64,000 bases of DNA. Origin: Balanoglossus misakiensis. Lineage: Eukaryota > Animalia > Hemichordata. The notes below the pieces were generated by a model. The model did no database searches, was not told the origin of the DNA, and saw only the letters and a list, made by a program, of their open reading frames with translations. Location: contig CM082583.2 of assembly GCA_040954595.2 (NCBI GenBank), positions 2,242,925 through 2,306,924 on the forward strand, read 5' to 3'. Positions 53,001 through 64,000 of the stretch are shown here, in pieces. Position 1 is the first letter of the stretch. Every line of letters starts with the position of its first letter. The translations under genes and the position numbers were made by a program.

Positions 53001-56000
53001 CTGTAGATCGACTGTTTGTTCTAAAATATCCATGGATGCTTCCAAACACCGTCTCGTTATTTGCATATTCCGTTGTGATGCGAGAACACACAGGCCTGAG
53101 CGAATAAGAAAGTTTTCCGGTAGACTCTGTAGATCGACTGTTTGTTCTAAAATATCCATGGATGCTTCCAAACACCGTCTCGTTATTTGCATATTCCGTT
53201 GTGATGCGAGAACACACAGGCCTGAGCGAATACGAAAGTTTTCCGGTAGACTCTGTAGATCGACTCTTTGTTCTCAAATATCCATGGATGCTTCCAAACA
53301 CCGTCTCGTTATTTGCATATTCCGTTGTGATGCGAGAACACACAGGCCTGAGCGAATAAGAAAGTTTTCCGGTAGACTCTGTAGATCGACTGTTTGTTCT
53401 AAAATATCCATGGATGCTTCCAAACACCGTCTCGTTATTTGCATATTCCGTTGTGATGTGTAGAACACACAGGCCTGAGCGAATAAGAAAGTTTTCCAGT
53501 AGACTCTGTAGATCGACTGTTTGTTCTAAAATATCCATGGATGCTTCCAAACACCGTCTCGTTATTTGCATATTCCGTTGTGATGCGAGAACACACAGGC
53601 CTGAGCGAATAAGAAAGTTTTCCGGTAGACTCTGTAGATCGACTGTTTGTTCTAAAATATCCATGGTTGCTTCCAAACGCCGTCTCGTTATTTGCATATT
53701 CCGTTGTGATGCGAGAACACACAGGCCTGAGCGAATAAGAAAGTTTTCCGGTAGACTCTGTAGATCGACTGTTTGTTCTAAAATATCCATGGATGCTTCC
53801 AAACGCCGTCTCGTTATTTGCATTTTCCGTTGTGATGCGAGAACACACAGGCCTGGGCGAATAAGAAAGTTTTCCGGTAGACTCTGTAGATCGACGGTTT
53901 GTTCTCAAATATCCATGGATGCTTCCAAACGCCGTCTCGTTATTTGCATATTACGTTGTGATGCGTAGAACACACAGGCCTGAGCGAATAAGAAAGTTTT
54001 CCGGTAGACTCTGTAGATCGACTGTTTGTTCTAAAATATCCATGGATGCTTCCAAACGCCGTCTCGTTATTTGCATATTACGTTGTGATGCGTAGAACAC
54101 ACTTGCCTGGGCGAATAAGAAAGTTTTCCGGTAGACTCTGTAGATCGACTGTTTGTTCTAAAATATCCATGGATGCTTCCAAACACTGTCTCGTTATTTG
54201 CATATTCCGTTGTGATGCGAGAACACACAGGCCTGAGCGAATAAGAAAGTTTTCCGGTAGACTCTGTAGATCGACTGTTTGTTCTCAAATATCCATGGAT
54301 GCTTCCAAACACTGTCTCGTTATTTGCATATTCCGTTGTGATGCGAGAACACACAGGCCTGAGCGAATAAGAAAGTTTTCCGGTAGACTCTGTAGATCGA
54401 CTGTTTGTTCTCAAATATCCATGGATGCTTCCAAACACCGTCTCGTTATTTGCATATTACGTTGTGATGCGTAGAACACACAGGCCTGAGCGAATAAGAA
54501 AGTTTTCCGGTAGACTCTGTAGATCGACTGTTTGTTCTCAAATATCCATGGATGCTTCCAAACACCGTCTCGTTATTTGCATATTCCGTTGTGATGCGAG
54601 AACACACAGGCCTGAGCGAATAAGAAAGTTTTCCGGTAGACTCTGTAGATCGACTGTTTGTTCTAAAATATCCATGGATGCTTCCAAACACTGTCTCGTT
54701 ATTTGCATATTCCGTTGTGATGCGAGAACACACAGGCCTGAGCGAATAAGAAAGTTTTCCGGTAGACTCTGTAGATCGACTGTTTGTTCTCAAATATCCA
54801 TGGATGCTTCCAAACACTGTCTCGTTATTTGCATATTCCGTTGTGATGCGAGAACACACAGGCCTGAGCGAATAAGAAAGTTTTCCGGTAGACTCTGTAG
54901 ATCGACTGTTTGTTCTCAAATATCCATGGATGCTTCCAAACACCGTCTCGTTATTTGCATATTACGTTGTGATGCGTAGAACACACAGGCCTGAGCGAAT
55001 AAGAAAGTTTTCCGGTAGACTCTGTAGATCGACTGTTTGTTCTCAAATATCCATGGATGCTTCCAAACACTGTCTCGTTATTTGCATATTCCGTTGTGAT
55101 GCGAGAACACACAGGCCTGAGCGAATAAGAAAGTTTTCCGGTAGACTCTGTAGATCGACTGTTTGTTCTCAAATATCCATGGATGCTTCCAAACACCGTC
55201 TCGTTATTTGCATATTCCGTTGTGATGCGAGAACACACAGGCCTGAGCGAATAAGAAAGTTTTCCGGTAGACTCTGTAGATCGACTGTTTGTTCTCAAAT
55301 ATCCATGGATGCTTCCAAACACTGTCTCGTTATTTGCATATTCCGTTGTGATGCGAGAACACACAGGCCTGAGCGAATAAGAAAGTTCTCCGGTAGACTC
55401 TGTAGATCGACTGTTTGTTCTCAAATATCCATGGATGCTTCCAAACACTGTCTCGTTATTTGCATATTCCGTTGTGATGCGAGAACACACAGGCCTGAGC
55501 GAATAAGAAAGTTTTCCGGTAGACTCTGTAGATCGACTGTTTGTTCTAAAATATCCATGGATGCTTCCAAACACCGTCTCGTTATTTGCATATTCCGTTG
55601 TGATGCGAGAACACACAGGCCTGAGCGAATAAGAAAGTTTTCCGGTAGACTCTGTAGATCGACGGTTTGTTCTCAAATATCCATGGATGCTTCCAAACAC
55701 TGTCTCGTTATTTGCATATTCCGTTGTGATGCGAGAACACACAGGCCTGAGCGAATAAGAAAGTTTTCCGGTAGACTCTGTAGATCGACGGTTTGTTCTC
55801 AAATATCCATGGATGCTTCCAAACACTGTCTCGTTATTTGCATATTCCGTTGTGATGCGAGAACACACAGGCCTGAGCGAATAAGAAAGTTTTCCGGTAG
55901 ACTCTGTAGATCGACTGTTTGTTCTCAAATATCCATGGATGCTTCCAAACACTGTCTCGTTATTTGCATATTCCGTTGTGATGCGAGAACACACAGGCCT

Positions 56001-59000
56001 GAGCGAATAAGAAAGTTTTCCGGTAGACTCTGTAGATCGACTGTTTGTTCTCAAATATCCATGGATGCTTCCAAACACTGTCTCGTTATTTGCATATTCC
56101 GTTGTGATGCGAGAACACACAGGCCTGAGCGAATAAGAAAGTTTTCCGGTAGACTCTGTAGATCGACTGTTTGTTCTCAAATATCCATGGATGCTTCCAA
56201 ACACTGTCTCGTTATTTGCATATTCCGTTGTGATGCGAGAACACACAGGCCTGAGCGAATAAGAAAGTTTTCCGGTAGACTCTGTAGATCGACTGTTTGT
56301 TCTCAAATATCCATGGATGCTTCCAAACACTGTCTCGTTATTTGCATATTCCGTTGTGATGCGAGAACACACAGGCCTGAGCGAATAAGAAAGTTTTCCG
56401 GTAGACTCTGTAGATCGACTGTTTGTTCTCAAATATCCATGGATGCTTCCAAACACTGTCTCGTTATTTGCATATTCCGTTGTGATGCGAGAACACACAG
56501 GCCTGAGCGAATAAGAAAGTTTTCCGGTAGACTCTGTAGATCGACTGTTTGTTCTCAAATATCCATGGATGCTTCCAAACACCGTCTCGTTATTTGCATA
56601 TTCCGTTGTGATGCGAGAACACACAGGCCTGAGCGAATAAGAAAGTTTTCCGGTAGACTCTGTAGATCGACTGTTTGTTCTCAAATATCCATGGATGCTT
56701 CCAAACACCGTCTCGTTATTTGCATATTCCGTTGTGATGCGAGAACACACAGGCCTGAGCGAATAAGAAAGTTTTCCGGTAGACTCTGTAGATCGACTGT
56801 TTGTTCTCAAATATCCATGGATGCTTCCAAACACTGTCTCGTTATTTGCATATTCCGTTGTGATGCGAGAACACACAGGCCTGAGCGAATAAGAAAGTTT
56901 TCCGGTAGACTCTGTAGATCGACTGTTTGTTCTCAAATATCCATGGATGCTTCCAAACACTGTCTCGTTATTTACATATTCCGTTGTGATGCGAGAACAC
57001 ACAGGCCTGAGCGAATAAGAAAGTTTTCCGGTAGACTCTGTAGATCGACTGTTTGTTCTCAAATATCCATGGATGCTTCCAAACACCGTCTCGTTATTTG
57101 CATATTCCGTTGTGATGCGAGAACACACAGGCCTGAGCGAATAAGAAAGTTTTCCGGTAGACTCTGTAGATCGACTGTTTGTTCTCAAATATCCATGGAT
57201 GCTTCCAAACACCGTCTCGTTATTTACATATTCCGTTGTGATGCGAGAACACACAGGCCTGAGCGAATAAGAAAGTTTTCCGGTAGACTCTGTAGATCGA
57301 CTGTTTGTTCTCAAATATCCATGGATGCTTCCAAACACCGTCTCGTTATTTGCATATTCCGTTGTGATGCGAGAACACACAGGCCTGAGCGAATAAGAAA
57401 GTTTTCCGGTAGACTCTGTAGATCGACTGTTTGTTCTCAAATATCCATGGATGCTTCCAAACACCGTCTCGTTATTTACATATTCCGTTGTGATGCGAGA
57501 ACACACAGGCCTGAGCGAATAAGAAAGTTTTCCGGTAGACTCTGTAGATCGACTGTTTGTTCTCAAATATCCATGGATGCTTCCAAACACCGTCTCGTTA
57601 TTTGCATATTCCGTTGTGATGCGAGAACACACAGGCCTGAGCGAATAAGAAAGTTTTCCGGTAGACTCTGTAGATCGACTGTTTGTTCTCAAATATCCAT
57701 GGATGCTTCCAAACACTGTCTCGTTATTTGCATATTCCGTTGTGATGCGAGAACACACAGGCCTGAGCGAATAAGAAAGTTTTCCGGTAGACTCTGTAGA
57801 TCGACTGTTTGTTCTCAAATATCCATGGATGCTTCCAAACACTGTCTCGTTATTTGCATATTCCGTTGTGATGCGAGAACACACAGGCCTGAGCGAATAA
57901 GAAAGTTTTCCGGTAGACTCTGTAGATCGACTGTTTGTTCTCAAATATCCATGGATGCTTCCAAACACCGTCTCGTTATTTGCATATTCCGTTGTGATGC
58001 GAGAACACACAGGCCTGAGCGAATAAGAAAGTTTTCCGGTAGACTCTGTAGATCGACTGTTTGTTCTAAAATATCCATGGATGCTTCCAAACACCGTCTC
58101 GTTATTTGCATATTCCGTTGTGATGCGAGAACACACAGGCCTGAGCGAATAAGAAAGTTTTCCGGTAGACTCTGTAGATCGACTGTTTGTTCTAAAATAT
58201 CCATGGATGCTTCCAAACACCGTCTCGTTATTTGCATATTCCGTTGTGATGCGAGAACACACAGGCCGGAGCGAATAAGAAAGTTTTCCGGTAGACTCTG
58301 TAGATCGACTGTTTGTTCTCAAATATCCATGGATGCTTCCAAACACCGTCTCGTTATTTGCATATTCCGTTGTGATGCGAGAACACACAGGCCTGAGCGA
58401 ATAAGAAAGTTTTCCGGTAGACTCTGTAGATCGACTGTTTGTTCTAAAATATCCATGGATGCTTCCAAACACCGTCTCGTTATTTGCATATTCCGTTGTG
58501 ATGCGAGAACACACAGGCCTGAGCGAATAAGAAAGTTTTCCGGTAGACTCTGTAGATCGACTGTTTGTTCTCAAATATCCATGGATGCTTCCAAACACCG
58601 TCTCGTTATTTGCATATTCCGTTGTGATGCGAGAACACACAGGCCTGAGCGAATAAGAAAGTTTTCCGGTAGACTCTGTAGATCGACTGTTTGTTCTCAA
58701 ATATCCATGGATGCTTCCAAACACCGTCTCGTTATTTGCATATTCCGTTGTGATGCGAGAACACACAGGCCTGAGCGAATAAGAAAGTTTTCCGGTAGAC
58801 TCTGTAGATCGACTGTTTGTTCTCAAATATCCATGGATGCTTCCAAACACTGTCTCGTTATTTGCATATTCCGTTGTGATGCGAGAACACACAGGCCTGA
58901 GCGAATAAGAAAAGTTTTCCGGTAGACTCTGTAGATCGACTGTTTGTTCTCAAATATCCATGGATGCTTCCAAACACCGTCTCGTTATTTGCATATTCCG

Positions 59001-62000
59001 TTGTGATGCGAGAACACACAGGCCTGAGCGAATAAGAAAGTTTTCCGGTAGACTCTGTAGATCGACGGTTTGTTCTCAAATATCCATGGATGCTTCCAAA
59101 CGCCGTCTCGTTATTTGCATATTATGTTGTGATGCGTAGAACACACAGGCCTGAGCGAATAAGAAAGTTTTCCGGTAGACTCTGTAGATCGACTGTTTGT
59201 TCTCAAATATCCATGGATGCTTCCAAACGCCGTCTCGTTATTTGCATATTACGTTGTGATGCGTAGAACACACAGGCCTGAGCGAATAAGAAAGTTTTCC
59301 GGTAGACTCTGTATATCGACTGTTTGTTCTCAAATATCCATGGATGCTTCCAAACACCGTCTCGTTATTTGCATATTCCGTTGTGATGCGAGAACACACA
59401 GGCCTGAGCGAATAAGAAAGTTTTCCGGTAGACTCTGTAGATCGACTGTTTGTTCTAAAATATCCATGGATGCTTCCAAACACCGTCTCGTTATTTGCAT
59501 ATTCCGTTGTGATGCGAGAACACACAGGCCTGAGCGAATAAGAAAGTTTTCCGGTAGACTCTGTAGATCGACTGTTTGTTCTCAAATATCCATGGATGCT
59601 TCCAAACACCGTCTCGTTATTTGCATATTCCGTTGTGATACGAGAACACACAGGCCTGAGCGAATAAGAAAGTTTTCCGGTAGACTCTGTAGATCGACTG
59701 TTTGTTCTAAAATATCCATGGATGCTTCCAAACACTGTCTCGTTATTTGCATATTCCGTTGTGATGCGAGAACACACTGGCCTGAGCGAATAAGAAAGTT
59801 TTCCGGTAGACTCTGTAGATCGACTGTTTGTTCTAAAATATCCATGGATGCTTCCAAACACCGTCTCGTTTAATTACGGACTTCCGTTCTGATGCGTGGA
59901 ACACATAGGCTGAGCGCATAAGAAAGTTTTCTGCAAGACTCTGTAGATCGTCGGCTTGTTCTAAAATATCCATGGGTGCTTCCAAACACCGTCTCGTTAT
60001 TTGCATATTCCGTTGTGATGTGTAGAACACACAGGCCTGAGCGAATAAGAAAGTTTTCCAGTAGACTCTGTAGATCGACTGTTTGTTCTAAAATATCCAT
60101 GGATGCTTCCAAACACCGTCTCGTTATTTGCATTTTCCGTTGTGATGCGTAGAACACACAGGCCTGAGCGAATACGAAAGTTTTCCGGTAGACTCTGTAG
60201 ATCGACTGTTTGTTCTCAAATATCCATGGATGCTTCCAAACACCGTCTCGTTATTTGCATATTCCGTTGTGATGCGAGAACACACAGGCCTGAGCGAATA
60301 AGAAAGTTTTCCGGTAGACTCTGTAGATCGACTGTTTGTTCTAAAATATCCATGGATGCTTCCAAACACCGTCTCGTTATTTGCATATTCCGTTGTGATG
60401 CGAGAACACACAGGCCTGAGCGAATAAGAAAGTTTTCCGGTAGACTCTGTAGATCGACTGTTTGTTCTAAAATATCCATGGATGCTTCCAAACACCGTCT
60501 CGTTATTTGCATATTCCGTTGTGATGCGAGAACACACAGGCCTGAGCGAATAAGAAAGTTTTCCGGTAGACTCTGTAGATCGACTGTTTGTTCTCAAATA
60601 TCCATGGATGCTTCCAAACACCGTCTCGTTATTTGCATATTCCGTTGTGATGCGAGAACACACAGGCCTGAGCGAATAAGAAAGTTTTCCGGTAGACTCT
60701 GTAGATCGACTGTTTGTTCTAAAATATCCATGGATGCTTCCAAACACTGTCTCGTTATTTGCATATTCCGTTGTGATGCGAGAACACACTGGCCTGAGCG
60801 AATAAGAAAGTTTTCCGGTAGACTCTGTAGATCGACTGTTTGTTCTAAAATATCCATGGATGCTTCCAAACACCGTCTCGTTTATTTACGGACTTCCGTT
60901 CTGATGCGTGGAACACATAGGCTGAGCGCATAAGAAAGTTTTCTGCAAGACTCTGTAGATCGTCGGCTTGTTCTAAAATATCCATGGGTGCTTCCAAACA
61001 CCGTCTCGTTATTTGCATATTCCGTTGTGATGTGTAGAACACACAGGCCTGAGCGAATAAGAAAGTTTTCCAGTAGACTCTGTAGATCGACTGTTTGTTC
61101 TCAAATATCCATGGATGCTTCCAAACACCGTCTCGTTATTTGCATTTTCCGTTGTGATGCGTAGAACACACAGGCCTGAGCGAATACGAAAGTTTTCCGG
61201 TAGACTCTGTAGATCGACTGTTTGTTCTCAAATATCCATGGATGCTTCCAAACACCGTCTCGTTATTTGCATATTCCGTTGTGATGCGAGAACACATAGG
61301 CCTGAGCGAATAAGAAAGTTTTCCGGTAGACTCTGTAGATCGACTGTTTGTTCTAAAATATCCATGGATGCTTCCAAACACCGTCTCGTTATTTGCATAT
61401 TCCGTTGTGATGCGAGAACACACAGGCCTGAGCGAATAAGAAAGTTTTCCGGTAGACTCTGTAGATCGACTGTTTGTTCTAAAATATCCATGGATGCTTC
61501 CAAACACTGTCTCGTTATTTGCATATTCCGTTGTGATGCGAGAACACACTGGCCTGAGCGAATAAGAAAGTTTTCCGGTAGACTCTGTAGATCGACTGTT
61601 TGTTCTAAAATATCCATGGATGCTTCCAAACACCGTCTCGTTATTTGCATATTCCGTTGTGATGCGAGAACACACAGGCCTGAGCGAATAAGAAAGTTTT
61701 CCGGTAGACTCTGTAGATCGACTGTTTGTTCTAAAATATCCATGGATGCTTCCAAACACCGTCTCGTTATTTGCATATTCCGTTGTGATGCGAGAACACA
61801 CAGGCCTGAGCGAATAAGAAAGTTTTCCGGTAGACTCTGTAGATCGACTGTTTGTTCTCAAATATCCATGGATGCTTCCAAACACCGTCTCGTTATTTGC
61901 ATATTCCGTTGTGATGCGAGAACACACAGGCCTGAGCGAATAAGAAAGTTTTCCGGTAGACTCTGTAGATCGACTGTTTGTTCTAAAATATCCATGGATG

Positions 62001-64000
62001 CTTCCAAACACTGTCTCGTTATTTGCATATTCCGTTGTGATGCGAGAACACACTGGCCTGAGCGAATAAGAAAGTTTTCCGGTAGACTCTGTAGATCGAC
62101 TGTTTGTTCTAAAATATCCATGGATGCTTCCAAACACCGTCTCGTTTATTTACGGACTTCCGTTCTGATGCGTGGAACACATAGGCTGAGCGCATAAGAA
62201 AGTTTTCTGCAAGACTCTGTAGATCGTCGGCTTGTTCTAAAATATCCATGGGTGCTTCCAAACACCGTCTCGTTATTTGCATATTCCGTTGTGATGTGTA
62301 GAACACACAGGCCTGAGCGAATAAGAAAGTTTTCCAGTAGACTCTGTAGATCGACTGTTTGTTCTCAAATATCCATGGATGCTTCCAAACACCGTCTCGT
62401 TATTTGCATTTTCCGTTGTGATGCGTAGAACACACAGGCCTGAGCGAATACGAAAGTTTTCCGGTAGACTCTGTAGATCGACTGTTTGTTCTCAAATATC
62501 CATGGATGCTTCCAAACACCGTCTCGTTATTTGCATATTCCGTTGTGATGCGAGAACACATAGGCCTGAGCGAATAAGAAAGTTTTCCGGTAGACTCTGT
62601 AGATCGACTGTTTGTTCTAAAATATCCATGGATGCTTCCAAACACCGTCTCGTTATTTGCATATTCCGTTGTGATGCGAGAACACACAGGCCTGAGCGAA
62701 TAAGAAAGTTTTCCGGTAGACTCTGTAGATCGACTGTTTGTTCTAAAATATCCATGGATGCTTCCAAACACCGTCTCGTTATTTGCATATTCCGTTGTGA
62801 TGCGAGAACACACAGGCCTGAGCGAATAAGAAAGTTTTCCGGTAGACTCTGTAGATCGACTGTTTGTTCTCAAATATCCATGGATGCTTCCAAACACCGT
62901 CTCGTTATTTGCATATTCCGTTGTGATGCGAGAACACACAGGCCTGAGCGAATAAGAAAGTTTTCCGGTAGACTCTGTAGATCGACTGTTTGTTCTAAAA
63001 TATCCATGGATGCTTCCAAACACCGTCTCGTTATTTGCATATTCCGTTGTGATGCGAGAACACACAGGCCTGAGCGAATAAGAAAGTTTTCCGGTAGACT
63101 CTGTAGATCGACTGTTTGTTCTGAAATATCCATGGATGCTTCCAAACACCGTCTCGTTATTTGCATATTCCGTTGTGATGCGAGAACACACAGGCCTGAG
63201 CGAATAAGAAAGTTTTCCGGTAGACTCTGTAGATCGACTGTTTGTTCTAAAATATCCATGGATGCTTCCAAACACCGTCTCGTTATTTGCATATTCCGTT
63301 GTGATGCGAGAACACACAGGCCTGAGCGAATAAGAAAGTTTTCCGGTAGACTCTGTAGATCGACTGTTTGTTCTAAAATATCCATGGATGCTTCCAAACA
63401 CCGTCTCGTTATTTGCATATTCCGTTGTGATGCGAGAACACACAGGCCTGAGCGAATAAGAAAGTTTTCCGGTAGACTCTGTAGATCGACTGTTTGTTCT
63501 CAAATATCCATGGATGCTTCCAAACACCGTCTCGTTATTTGCATATTCCGTTGTGATGCGAGAACACACAGGCCTGAGCGAATAAGAAAGTTTTCCGGTA
63601 GACTCTGTAGATCGACTGTTTGTTCTAAAATATCCATGGATGCTTCCAAACACCGTCTCGTTATTTGCATATTCCGTTGTGATGTGTAGAACACACAGGC
63701 CTGAGCGAATAAGAAAGTTTTCCAGTAGACTCTGTAGATCGACTGTTTGTTCTAAAATATCCATGGATGCTTCCAAACACCGTCTCGTTATTTGCATATT
63801 CCGTTGTGATGCGAGAACACACAGGCCTGAGCGAATAAGAAAGTTTTCCGGTAGACTCTGTAGATCGACTGTTTGTTCTAAAATATCCATGGATGCTTCC
63901 AAACACCGTCTCGTTATTTGCATATTCCGTTGTGATGCGAGAACACACAGGCCTGAGCGAATACGAAAGTTTTCCGGTAGACTCTGTAGATCGACTCTTT
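41048..64000. repeat. 126/127-bp satellite, main block (~180 monomers, runs off the window)
   Basis: Same unit and orientation as the left block. Highly homogeneous, with higher-order periodicities. Confidence 0.99.

Noticed and set aside
41289-63948. Very long ORFs on both strands (up to 1331 aa) of repeated 42-aa units
   Set aside because: By-product of a 126-bp unit divisible by 3. The frames break at every 127-bp monomer; this is satellite DNA.
25728-64000. CRISPR-like regular repeats
   Set aside because: Head-to-tail monomers with no unique spacers, no cas genes, and a eukaryotic context.

Overview
AT-rich, intron-containing animal genomic DNA (spliceosomal GT-AG introns, TTAGGG motifs, metazoan TE families; a marine invertebrate is a guess). 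1-25.7 kb is mostly decayed or non-autonomous DNA transposons (Tc1, MULE-like, Kolobok-like, hAT-like, Academ-like, MITEs). It also holds a minus-strand spliced gene candidate whose last exon is an 87-bp tandem array with 65 in-frame TGA codons and a repeated U-x-x-C motif. From ~25.7 kb to the window end runs a homogeneous 126/127-bp satellite with higher-order repeats. Inserted in the satellite is a 13,051-bp near-perfect palindrome (27997-41047) with Polinton/Maverick-type ends (5'-AGTAGT...ACTACT-3', 6-bp TSD ACTGTC) but no Polinton genes. Each ~5.6-5.7-kb arm carries a PIF/Harbinger cassette (spliced DDE transposase plus Myb/SANT gene) with the same frameshifts in both arms. All analysis was by eye; no searches were run.
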